DNA of 64,000 nucleotides from Candidatus Saccharimonadales bacterium. Lineage in GTDB: Bacteria > Patescibacteriota > Saccharimonadia > Saccharimonadales > Saccharimonadaceae. A program made the position numbers and the translations under genes. Within the stretch, counting starts at the first letter, position 1, and each line of letters starts with the position of its first letter. Where the stretch lies: assembly GCA_049644865.1 (NCBI GenBank), contig JBARSV010000019.1, positions 31,196 through 95,195 on the forward strand, written 5' to 3'. The notes under the pieces are model-generated. The model was given only the letters and a program-made list of their open reading frames with translations, was not told the DNA's origin and did no database searches. Shown piece after piece: positions 1-9,458 of this stretch.

Positions 1-49
1 AGGATAAGATACAGCCATCGGCCAGAGTTTTGAACCATCGTCACTATCA

Positions 50-2179
50 TCACGTCTTCTCCAGGGGCGCAAAAGCGACATTGAGTTTCTTTATGCCCTT
101 ACCGCGAAATGCGACTGTCACGACAGTGCCGTCGATATGCGTCACTAAACCCGCACCAAATATGCCGTGGCGAACGTTGTCGCCAACCGACAGATCAAGC
201 ACCATTTCATCTTCATAGACTGGATCGACCTCTGTCGGCTTCATCCCGAATACCCCGCTGCCCGGCGCAATTTCACTGACCTCGATCTCACTCAAAAACC
301 GTGACGGCGGGTTATGCTGAGTGCTCCCAAAGATCATCCGACTACTGGCCGAGCTGAGATACAGTTCTTCGCGCGCCCTGGTCATGCCGACGTAGCACAG
401 ACGGCGTTCTTCTTCCATTTGCTCGGGATCATAGAGGGCGCGGGTATGCGGAAAAATCGTCTCCTCAAGCCCGATCATGAAGACGACCGGAAACTCCAAC
501 CCCTTGGCGGCGTGAAGTGTCATGAGAGTGATGGCATCTTGGGTGAGATTGGCAGTGTCGAGATCGGAGATCAACGAGATCTCTTCGAGATAACCAGCGA
601 CATCGAGATCGCTCCGTTCACGAGCATCGCTGACGAGTTCGCGGACGTTAGCCTGACGATCTTCGGCTTGCGGTGTGCCGTCATCGAGAAAGCCCAAATA
701 GTTAAAGCGTTTGATAATCAGTTCGATCATATCGGCCAAGTTGGTCGTCGCCATCTCGACCTGGAGTTTGCTGAGCGCCTCACCGAGTTCATGGAGCGCC
801 GTCTTAGCCCGCGGTGTGAGCCCAGTACATAGCTCAACTGAGTTCATGGCCTCGATCAGTGTCATGCTAGTCTGAGCCTGCCAGTCGAGAAATTTTTCGA
901 CACTCGTTGCACCAAGCCCGCGAGTCGGCACATTGACGATGCGCGCAAAGCTCGGCCGATCGCTCGGCTGGTAGAGAAGACGTAGGTAGGCGATGACATC
1001 TTTGATCTCTTTGCGATCATAAAACCGTGTGCCACCGACGATGCGATATGGGACGCCGTAGCGAATACACATCTCTTCCATAGCCCGTGATTGTGCATTT
1101 GTCCGATAGAGCACCGCATACTCACCGTAACGACGAGCCCCAAGATCAACCGCACCTTTGATGCGCGTCACGACGCTTTCGGCCTCATGCAATTCCGAGC
1201 CGACATACATGATCTGCACGGGTAAACCACCAGCCTGATCGGTCGTTAATTTCTTGTCGGTACGGTTGTGATTTTTAGTGATGACATTGTGAGCGGCATC
1301 AAGAATCGGCTTGGTACTACGATAATTTTGCTCCAACTTGACGACCGTTGCACCCGGATAATCGCGCTCGAAATTGAGTATGTTGGTAAAATCCGCCCCC
1401 CTCCATGAATAGATCGACTGCCAGTCGTCCCCGACAACACAGATGTTCTTGGCATCACCGGTCAGAAGCTTAATCAGACGATATTGGGCGGCGTTAGTGT
1501 CTTGGTATTCGTCGATCAAGATGTACTGGAAGCGTCGTTGCCAGACGGTGCGTAGCTCATCAGAGCTTTTCAGGAGTCGGACTGCCTCGGCGATCAAATC
1601 GTCAAAGTCCAGCGCAGCCGTCGCTTGGCGTAACCGTTCATAAACCGGAAAGACATCGGCCGCAGCTTTTTGCATGGGAAGCTTAGCGAGAGCAGCGTAT
1701 TCGCTCGCGCTGACGAGGTCGTTTTTGGCCGTGCTAATCTGCGAGGCGATACCACGTGGCGTGAAAGATTTTTCAGAGATACCAAGCTGTTTCATGGCTT
1801 GTTTGACGAGACTGAGTCGGTCGGCCTCATCGAGAATGATAAAGTTGCGCGGTATACCTATGTGCTCACCGTCAAACCTCAACATCTTAACGCAAATCGA
1901 GTGAAACGTGCCCATCCAAAACATAAATGAACGGTTATCGGCATTCTCACCTGTCAAATGTGCGAGCCGCTCACGCATCTCACGGGCAGCTTTGTTCGTA
2001 AATGTCACGGCAAGGATAGCGCCACTCGGCACGCCCATCTCGAGTAACCGCGCGATTCGGTGTGTCAGTGTCTTCGTCTTGCCTGATCCAGCTCCCGCCA
2101 ATATCAACAGCGGTCCGTCGTTATGCAAGACGGCGGATTTTTGCGCATCATTAAGACCAGCAATAATTGAGCGATGCAT
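50..2179 (-). CDS. pcrA: ATP-dependent DNA helicase, UvrD/PcrA (SF1) family
   Basis: 709-aa ORF; Walker A AGAGSGKTKT, motif II DEYQDTN, YRSTKPIL, C-terminal UvrD-like region. Confidence 0.93.
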   Translation of the reverse strand: MHRSIIAGLNDAQKSAVLHNDGPLLILAGAGSGKTKTLTHRIARLLEMGVPSGAILAVTFTNKAAREMRERLAHLTGENADNRSFMFWMGTFHSICVKMLRFDGEHIGIPRNFIILDEADRLSLVKQAMKQLGISEKSFTPRGIASQISTAKNDLVSASEYAALAKLPMQKAAADVFPVYERLRQATAALDFDDLIAEAVRLLKSSDELRTVWQRRFQYILIDEYQDTNAAQYRLIKLLTGDAKNICVVGDDWQSIYSWRGADFTNILNFERDYPGATVVKLEQNYRSTKPILDAAHNVITKNHNRTDKKLTTDQAGGLPVQIMYVGSELHEAESVVTRIKGAVDLGARRYGEYAVLYRTNAQSRAMEEMCIRYGVPYRIVGGTRFYDRKEIKDVIAYLRLLYQPSDRPSFARIVNVPTRGLGATSVEKFLDWQAQTSMTLIEAMNSVELCTGLTPRAKTALHELGEALSKLQVEMATTNLADMIELIIKRFNYLGFLDDGTPQAEDRQANVRELVSDARERSDLDVAGYLEEISLISDLDTANLTQDAITLMTLHAAKGLEFPVVFMIGLEETIFPHTRALYDPEQMEEERRLCYVGMTRAREELYLSSASSRMIFGSTQHNPPSRFLSEIEVSEIAPGSGVFGMKPTEVDPVYEDEMVLDLSVGDNVRHGIFGAGLVTHIDGTVVTVAFRGKGIKKLNVAFAPLEKT

Positions 2180-2251
2180 TATCTTTTATTGTATCTAATT
2201 TATGCACTCAAAATGAAACTTTGCGGAATTTTACAACAGAGACTAAACGAC

Positions 2252-3385
2252 TTATGACTGGCCGTAGAGGAAGTAGAGCGCACCAATTGCGGAACCTATA
2301 AGCAAAAACACTACCCCGATTAATAACCATAGCGCGGCAGGTTTTCTAGCAGAACCAGGCTCTTTGACAAGAGGTTGATTATACGACTCACTATCGAAAA
2401 CTGTATGTTGTTGAGTGTCAGGAACAGCTACTGTATCATTTGCAGTAGTTGTTGAGATGTCCTCGGTACCAGAATGTGGAAGTTTCTTATCTGATGCCGC
2501 CGTGTCTGTTGTCGCTCCATGATTTTCAGTCGATATCTCTCGAGATTCAACTTCAGTAATTGCCCTGTCGATTTCCGCTGGTATCGCAACCGCAACCATT
2601 GTATCTATCGGTGCGACTGGTGGCTCGAGAGATGATTTATGATCTAATGCTACAGGACGAGCGACTAGATTCTTTTCGGTATCATATGTCTTGCCACCTA
2701 GAGGTCGTTTCTCTATATTTAGATCAGCAATAAACGGTGTCGAGTTAGTTGGTGAATGCTCCGCGGTTATCGGAGTTCCGCCAGAAGATATCGCACCAGA
2801 TGCCTCATCATTATCCGCATTAAGGCTTTTGACTGATACATTGCCAATGGCATCGATTTGCTCATCGCTTGTCTGATTTGATTCATTAGTGTGTACGACC
2901 GCATCTTTTATTGAGTTCTGGACATTAAAATCAGTGGGGGGCGTTATCGTTTTCCCACCTCTCTGGGTGACCGTGTGCTTTGTGCTCAAAGGATCGGTCG
3001 GAACAAAATCCATAAAACGCCCCCTTTTCTCAGCAGCAGGCACAACTGGAAGATCCACCGATGATTCTTGACGCGTATGTTCGGCACGTTCTTCTGGGCC
3101 TACAGCAGACTCATCATCGCCACGGTCTAACGATTGATGATCCGCTTTGTGATCTTCTACTTGGGGGAGAACCATTGACTCAAGATCAGGCAAAACACGC
3201 GGTGTGGGATCAGAAGATACTGGGACAGAAGACGAATTATGAAGATCTGTCGCTGCATGATCATGCGAATGATCTCTATCCTCGTTAGTCTCAATCTTAT
3301 CATCACCCATCACTTGTGATGTGTGCTGTTTCGTTAGCACCGAGCTAACCGCCCTGTCCAACTCGTCAAAGTCAAAGTCTTTCAT
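2252..3385 (-). CDS. hypothetical acidic low-complexity protein with C-terminal membrane anchor
   Basis: 377-aa ORF; D/E/S/T-rich body and a single C-terminal hydrophobic helix (ALWLLIGVVFLLIGSAIGALYFLY); no family recognised. Confidence 0.6.
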   Translation of the reverse strand: MKDFDFDELDRAVSSVLTKQHTSQVMGDDKIETNEDRDHSHDHAATDLHNSSSVPVSSDPTPRVLPDLESMVLPQVEDHKADHQSLDRGDDESAVGPEERAEHTRQESSVDLPVVPAAEKRGRFMDFVPTDPLSTKHTVTQRGGKTITPPTDFNVQNSIKDAVVHTNESNQTSDEQIDAIGNVSVKSLNADNDEASGAISSGGTPITAEHSPTNSTPFIADLNIEKRPLGGKTYDTEKNLVARPVALDHKSSLEPPVAPIDTMVAVAIPAEIDRAITEVESREISTENHGATTDTAASDKKLPHSGTEDISTTTANDTVAVPDTQQHTVFDSESYNQPLVKEPGSARKPAALWLLIGVVFLLIGSAIGALYFLYGQS

Positions 3386-3394
3386 GGTTCCACC

Positions 3395-4183
3395 CTACTT
3401 CTCATCAGTGTTATTCTTATCCCTATTATGCGCTACCGCAATTATCTTGGCAAATGAATGTTCATTGAGGCTGGCCCCGCCGACCAATAGACCGTCAATT
3501 CGTTTGACGCTTAATAAGCTTTCAGCGTTGTCAAAGGTTGAGCTGCCTCCGTAGAGTATACGTACATTGCCAGCAGCATTTCTTCCATAAAGCGCCTCTA
3601 TCTCTTGGTAAATAATCTCAGCCGCGGTAAGAACATCACTGGGTGCTGCATTATTACCGGTACCAATTGCCCAGACAGGTTCGTAGGCAATAACAATATT
3701 TGTGACCTCGTCGCTCGTCAGATTAGAAAGTCCGCTTCGTACCTGATCTTGAAGAACATGTCTAGTTTCACGGTCGACACGATGCTGAGCAGTCTCACCA
3801 ACACAGAGAATAGGAATCATCTTATTACGGACAACCGCTTGGACTTTGGAACGAATATCTTTTTCACTCTCCCCGAATATATGACGCCTCTCGGAGTGCC
3901 CGATAATCACGTAACTCACAAGGTCACGAAGCTGCGAGGCGGAAACCTCGCCAGTATACGCACCTTCATCGCGCCAGTAACAGTTTTGAGCCCCAAGTTT
4001 GAACTGACGACGATTTATTTGCAGGCTAAGTGTCTGCAATGCTAGAAATCCTGGACATAGAACTACCTCTACGTCCATGTGTATATCCAATGTTTTAGCT
4101 AGCCTATCAGCCAGCATACTACTTTCATGCACATTTTTGTGCATCTTCCAGTTGGCAACGATGAGTTTTTTGCGAGTCTTCAT
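3395..4183 (-). CDS. tpiA: triosephosphate isomerase
   Basis: 262 aa; VANWKMHK, IGHSERR, AYEPVWAIGTG motifs. Confidence 0.93.
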   Translation of the reverse strand: MKTRKKLIVANWKMHKNVHESSMLADRLAKTLDIHMDVEVVLCPGFLALQTLSLQINRRQFKLGAQNCYWRDEGAYTGEVSASQLRDLVSYVIIGHSERRHIFGESEKDIRSKVQAVVRNKMIPILCVGETAQHRVDRETRHVLQDQVRSGLSNLTSDEVTNIVIAYEPVWAIGTGNNAAPSDVLTAAEIIYQEIEALYGRNAAGNVRILYGGSSTFDNAESLLSVKRIDGLLVGGASLNEHSFAKIIAVAHNRDKNNTDEK

Positions 4184-4215
4184 AGTACTTATGATTAGTG
4201 TATCCTATCTTCCCC

Positions 4216-5454
4216 TTATGCGTCCATCAATGATTCGATGCCAGGTAACTTTTCCCCAGCCATGAGCTCAATACTAGCGCCACCCCCTGTCGAAACATGA
4301 TCGAAACTTGCGCCATCGTGACCATCCCAGTGCAATACAAAATCTGCCGTATCACCGCCACCAACTACTGTCATAAGTTCACCTTTTCTCTCGGCCATCG
4401 CAAGCGCAATACGAGCCGAACCGTGAGCAAAATTAGGCAACTCAGCCATACCCATCGTGCCGTTCCAAACCACTGTTTGCGAGCGAGCGATAGCAGCGCA
4501 CGCCTTGTTAATCGACTGAGTGCCGATATCGAGGATAATATCGTCAGATTGCACTTCTCGTAGCTCCACAACCCGACGCTTAGCGGACTCACCGATCTCA
4601 CGCGCGACCGCTACGTCGGTAGGTAGCTGGAGAAAGCTGTCGACATCATCTGTTTTTTGGCTAGCCGCTTCATAAATGCGTCCGACAACTTCGTCCAATC
4701 CATCTTCGGTTTTGCTTTTACCGATCGAAAAGCCGCGAAATTTTAAAAATGTATTGGCCATCGCGCCACCGATAACGATATGATCGGCTAAGTGTACGAA
4801 CTTCTCGATAACGGCGATTTTGTCACTTATCTTCGCCCCGCCAAGAATAGCTGTCAGCGGCCGTTTGGGGTCGTCTATCGCAGCGGTAATCATGCGGTAT
4901 TCTTTTTCGATGAGCAGCCCAGCCGAGCTCGGCAAAAAGTGGGTAATCGCGTCGGTACTGGCATGGGCCCGATGAACAACGCCGAAACCATCTTGCACAA
5001 AGTACTGGGCACCGGTGTTCTGGGCCAGGGCGCGGGCAAACTCTCGATCGTTATCTTCTTCTTCAGCGTGAAAGCGCAAGTTTTCGAGCAACAGCACATC
5101 GCCGGGGTGCAAATACTTGCTGGCCTGCACTACCTTGTCGCCGATGCAATCGTCAACAAACTTGACTGGCCTATGGAGTAATTCCATGAGGCGGTGAGCA
5201 ACTGGCTCCAGTGACTCTTTGGTATTTGGAGCACCGTCAGGGCGACCAAGGTGTGCGATCAAGACAATCTTCGCACGGCGCTTTATCAGCGCATGTAATG
5301 TCGGCAAGCTGGCGCGAATTCGAAAATCATCAGCGATCCGCCCCTCGTCATCGAGCGGCACATTGTAGTCCACGCGTACCAATACCGTCTTGCCATCAAG
5401 TGGTACATCACGAAAACTCTTCTTTGGAAATTTCCCACCCATACTAGCTATCAT
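4216..5454 (-). CDS. pgk: phosphoglycerate kinase
   Basis: 412 aa; VRVDYNVPL N-terminus, full-length PGK-like sequence ending STGGGASIELMAG. Confidence 0.95.
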   Translation of the reverse strand: MIASMGGKFPKKSFRDVPLDGKTVLVRVDYNVPLDDEGRIADDFRIRASLPTLHALIKRRAKIVLIAHLGRPDGAPNTKESLEPVAHRLMELLHRPVKFVDDCIGDKVVQASKYLHPGDVLLLENLRFHAEEEDNDREFARALAQNTGAQYFVQDGFGVVHRAHASTDAITHFLPSSAGLLIEKEYRMITAAIDDPKRPLTAILGGAKISDKIAVIEKFVHLADHIVIGGAMANTFLKFRGFSIGKSKTEDGLDEVVGRIYEAASQKTDDVDSFLQLPTDVAVAREIGESAKRRVVELREVQSDDIILDIGTQSINKACAAIARSQTVVWNGTMGMAELPNFAHGSARIALAMAERKGELMTVVGGGDTADFVLHWDGHDGASFDHVSTGGGASIELMAGEKLPGIESLMDA

Positions 5455-5540
5455 TGTAGCGCAGCTTTCGTAATTATGTAACCACTCTGGCGCGTAGCAG
5501 TAGGATTGTCACTCTGCTATTGCTCTAAATTACTTGTTCG

Positions 5541-6956
5541 CTACTCAATCGTCCGCACGCGGATGGTATCAGTCACGCCTTTGACGCCCGGTTGACGGCC
5601 ACTGACCACGACAACGGTTGAACCGTGCGGCAAATAGCCGGTATCAACCAACCCTTTGGCCAGCTCCAAACCTGCACGTTCGCCGTCTGGCCGCAGAAAA
5701 CTCTTATTGGCATAGAGCATGGCGAGCTGTTGGGCGGTACGAGCATCACTGGTGACCGAAATAATTGGCAAACCTGGTCGATGCGCAGCAATATGTTGGG
5801 CAGTCGCTCCAGTCTTGGTCTCCGCCACGATGGCATCGGCATGCAGCTGACGAGCTAGCGTCACCGCAGCAGCACTGATCGCCACGGCGTGAGTATCGAG
5901 ATACTGCGGTTCACCCAGCGGTCGAACCGGCACATGTGTCTGGGTATACATGATGATACGCTTCATACTTTGGACGGCTTCGATCGGATACTCGCCATTG
6001 GCCGTCTCATCGCTCAACATGACGCAGTCCGCCCCGACGACAACGGCATGGCTCACGTCATTGACTTCGGCACGGGTCGGTTCAGGATTGGTCACCATGC
6101 TCATCATCATCTGGGTCGCAACGATACTGAGCGTCGCGTGGTTATGACATAGCTCAATAATTCGCCGTTGCACGACTGGCACGATCTCCGCGCCTACTTC
6201 AACCGCCAGATCACCGCGCGCCACCATAACTGCGTCGCTAGCCTCGACGATACGCTCTAGCTCGTTGTCCTCAATCGCCGATTTCGTCTCGATTTTGGCA
6301 ATGATCAGCGCATCTGAACCCTGCTCGGCCATATACCCGCGCAGCACCTCGATATCATGAGCACTGTGCACAAAACTAAGGCCAACATAATCTATATCGC
6401 GTGTCGCACCCCAGTCGATGTCACGATAATCCTTCTCAGTCAATATATCGCCGCTAAAATCAGTATCGGGTAGATTTATACCCTTACGGCTCATGACCAC
6501 ACCGCCATGTTCGACTCGTACTGTGACTGTCCGCTCGCTTACGCCAATTGCAATCGTCTTGACTCTACCGTCAAATATATAGACACGTTCACCCGGTTTT
6601 ACTTTGGTACTCAGATCATATTGCACCGGTAGGACGTCACCCTCATGTTCGGCCTCATAGCGTAGGTGATATTCCTCACCGGTTTTGACTTCAAGATAAT
6701 TGTTGGTTATCTCACCCAGACGGATCTTGGGACCTTGGAGGTCTTGAAAAATTGCGACTGGTTTTTCGAGCTCAGAAGAAGCCTGCCGAATCCACGCAAT
6801 CTGCTGATCACGCTCCTCGTTCGTACCATGGCTACAATTAAGTCGCAACCCGTTGGCGCCCGACTCGATAAGCGCATGAATTTTTTCATAGCTATTCGTC
6901 GCCGGCCCAACAGTCGCAATAATTTTAGTACGCTTAAACAAGGGTATATGTATCAT
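5541..6956 (-). CDS. pyk: pyruvate kinase
   Basis: 471 aa; TKIIATVGPAT, NGLRLNCSHG, MVARGDLAVE motifs. Confidence 0.95.
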   Translation of the reverse strand: MIHIPLFKRTKIIATVGPATNSYEKIHALIESGANGLRLNCSHGTNEERDQQIAWIRQASSELEKPVAIFQDLQGPKIRLGEITNNYLEVKTGEEYHLRYEAEHEGDVLPVQYDLSTKVKPGERVYIFDGRVKTIAIGVSERTVTVRVEHGGVVMSRKGINLPDTDFSGDILTEKDYRDIDWGATRDIDYVGLSFVHSAHDIEVLRGYMAEQGSDALIIAKIETKSAIEDNELERIVEASDAVMVARGDLAVEVGAEIVPVVQRRIIELCHNHATLSIVATQMMMSMVTNPEPTRAEVNDVSHAVVVGADCVMLSDETANGEYPIEAVQSMKRIIMYTQTHVPVRPLGEPQYLDTHAVAISAAAVTLARQLHADAIVAETKTGATAQHIAAHRPGLPIISVTSDARTAQQLAMLYANKSFLRPDGERAGLELAKGLVDTGYLPHGSTVVVVSGRQPGVKGVTDTIRVRTIE

Positions 6957-7014
6957 AGAATATCAGTCTAACATAATCTATGAAGAAGCATGATAATGTA
7001 AACTTTACTGAAGG

Positions 7015-9387
7015 TTATTTAGCGATTGTCGTCTCAAGCTCTTGCAAATCGATAGACGTTTTGACAATCGTGTCAGGAGCGAGTGATATACTATCTATAC
7101 CTTCCTCGACCAAAAACCGCGCAAACTGTGGATAATCCGACGGCGCCTGACCGCACAAGCCAATTTTTATCTTCTTATGCTTCGCTACTTTGATTGCAAG
7201 ACGTATCAATGATTTAACTGCTTCATTGTTCTCGTCATAGACATGTGCCACAGTATGATTGTCTCGGTCTACGCCCAGCGTCAACTGTGTCAGGTCATTA
7301 CTACCAATTGAGAAACCGTCAAATAGCTCAGCAAATTCCGCGGCTAATATGACGTTAGCTGGGATCTCTACCATAACATAAAGCTCGAACCCATTTTCGC
7401 CACGATTGAGCCCCGTTTCTGCCATAACTTCTTGTACCTTGCGCGCTTCTTCAATACTACGACAAAATGGCACCATGGCTTTTACATTGGTCAAGCCCAA
7501 CTCATTGCGAACCTTTAGGAACGCTCGACATTCCAGCTTAAAAGCCTCGCGATATTCAGGGCTATAATAGCGACTAGCACCTCGCCAACCAATCATTGGA
7601 TTGTTTTCAGGCGGCTCAAACTGCGCACCGCCAATAAGATTGGCGTATTCATTGGTTTTGAAATCTGAGAATCGTACAATGACAGGGTTTGGATAAAAAG
7701 CTGCACCGATAACGGCAATCCCTTCAGCCAGTTTGTCAACAAAATACTGCGCTTTATCATCATACCCTTTGGTAAGTGAATTTATCTTTGCACGAACTGC
7801 CCTATCATTAATATGATCAAAATGCAACAATGCGAGCGGATGTATCTTAATATGCGAGTCGATGATAAATTCTTCGCGCGCCAGCCCAACACCATCGTTT
7901 GGTATGTGTGAATACGCGAATGCGTGATCAGGTGAGCCAATATTCATCATGATCTTTGTCTTGGGTCGCTTCAGATCTTTTACGTCAGTCTTTTCAACTT
8001 CAAACTTCAAGTGACCCTCGTAAACAACGCCTTCATCACCACCGCTAGCACAACTGACGGTGATATCCTGTTGATCAGCAATAAGCCGAGAGGCATTAGC
8101 GGTACCAACAACACATGGTATGCCAAGCTCGCGTGAGACGATAGCGGCATGGCAGGTACGACCACCCTTGTCAGTAACGATAGCGCTCGCGATTTTCATG
8201 ATGGGCACCCAGTCAGGGTCAGTCATCTCCGTGACGAGCACATCACCTGCTTTGAAATCATCAATATCTTTCACACTCATAATCTTGCTGGCTTTGCCAG
8301 CTCCAATACGATTTCCGACACTTGTCCCGCGTACGATTACTTTCCCATCCTCGTTGAGCTTGTATTGCTCGATAATATTCTCATCTCGACGTGATTGCAC
8401 CGTCTCCGCACGAGCTTGTACAATGTATAATTGATTATCATCCTCGTCGAGTGCCCACTCGATATCCATCGGGTGACCGTAATGTTTCTCGATTTTCATA
8501 CCCCAGTCAGCGAGAGTCTTTACTTGATCGTCAGTGATGCTGAAACGTTCTTGATCACGAACTAAAACGTCGATGTTCTTTGTACGGTTATTCCCGATTG
8601 GAATCATCTTCATCTTTTTAGTACCAAGGTGTCTTTTTATAATAGCCATGGTCGGTTTGAAAACGATAAATTCATCAGGCGAGACATGGCCCTGGACGAT
8701 ATTTTCGCCCAGCCCGTAGATAGAGCTCACCACGACGGCATTTTTGAAGCCGCTTTCGGTGTCGATAGTGAACATCACGCCAGCGCACTCTGATCGCACC
8801 GCGACCATCTGTTGTATGCCAACACTCAAAGCGACCTTCATGTGGTCAAAACCGTTTGTCACACGGTAGACGATAGCACGATCGGTGAAGAGGCTAGCGA
8901 TACATTCTTTAACCGAATGTAACACCTCGTGCTCACCAGATATATTAAGGAAGGTTGCTTGCTGGCCAGCAAACGACGCGTTGGGCAGATCTTCTGCAGT
9001 GGCACTACTACGAATCGCCACGACAAGATCACCGTGCGGGTGGTCACATTTGTGGCTTAACTCTTTGTAAGCACGAAGTATCTCATCTTGAAAATCTTGC
9101 GGCAACTCGGCTGCAACAATCATATCACGGATAATACTCCCACGGCGGGCTAGCTCGTGAACATCACTAACATCGAGTCCAAGAAGTGTATCGGTAATCC
9201 GCTGATGCAGCCCTGCATAATCAAGAAAGTACCTATAGGCATCAGCTGTCGTTGCGACACCGTCTGGCAAATTGACCCCTTGTGGTCGAAGGTGGTGATA
9301 CATTTCTCCTAGACTTGCGTTTTTACCACCAACTTGAGGGATATCGTCAATTGATAATTCCTCGAAAAACTTTAGGTACTTATACAT
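7015..9387 (-). CDS. ppsA: phosphoenolpyruvate synthase (pyruvate, water dikinase)
   Basis: 790 aa; GGKNASLGEM N-terminus, phosphohistidine motif GGRTCHAAIVSRELGIP, C-terminal PEP-utilising TIM domain. Confidence 0.93.
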   Translation of the reverse strand: MYKYLKFFEELSIDDIPQVGGKNASLGEMYHHLRPQGVNLPDGVATTADAYRYFLDYAGLHQRITDTLLGLDVSDVHELARRGSIIRDMIVAAELPQDFQDEILRAYKELSHKCDHPHGDLVVAIRSSATAEDLPNASFAGQQATFLNISGEHEVLHSVKECIASLFTDRAIVYRVTNGFDHMKVALSVGIQQMVAVRSECAGVMFTIDTESGFKNAVVVSSIYGLGENIVQGHVSPDEFIVFKPTMAIIKRHLGTKKMKMIPIGNNRTKNIDVLVRDQERFSITDDQVKTLADWGMKIEKHYGHPMDIEWALDEDDNQLYIVQARAETVQSRRDENIIEQYKLNEDGKVIVRGTSVGNRIGAGKASKIMSVKDIDDFKAGDVLVTEMTDPDWVPIMKIASAIVTDKGGRTCHAAIVSRELGIPCVVGTANASRLIADQQDITVSCASGGDEGVVYEGHLKFEVEKTDVKDLKRPKTKIMMNIGSPDHAFAYSHIPNDGVGLAREEFIIDSHIKIHPLALLHFDHINDRAVRAKINSLTKGYDDKAQYFVDKLAEGIAVIGAAFYPNPVIVRFSDFKTNEYANLIGGAQFEPPENNPMIGWRGASRYYSPEYREAFKLECRAFLKVRNELGLTNVKAMVPFCRSIEEARKVQEVMAETGLNRGENGFELYVMVEIPANVILAAEFAELFDGFSIGSNDLTQLTLGVDRDNHTVAHVYDENNEAVKSLIRLAIKVAKHKKIKIGLCGQAPSDYPQFARFLVEEGIDSISLAPDTIVKTSIDLQELETTIAK

Positions 9388-9458
9388 AGTTTGCCCAACC
9401 CCCTTTTAGTGTTACTGAGTCGTCAGTTGCCTACTTATGCTTTGATAGTACCATATCA

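Noticed and set aside
314-2198. Multiple 60-170-aa ORFs antisense to or overlapping the helicase gene; similar shadows lie inside pgk, pyk, ppsA, glyQS, the MMPL gene, ftsI, ftsW and others
   Set aside because: All lie within long, well-supported genes on the opposite strand or in another frame, and none has a recognisable family.
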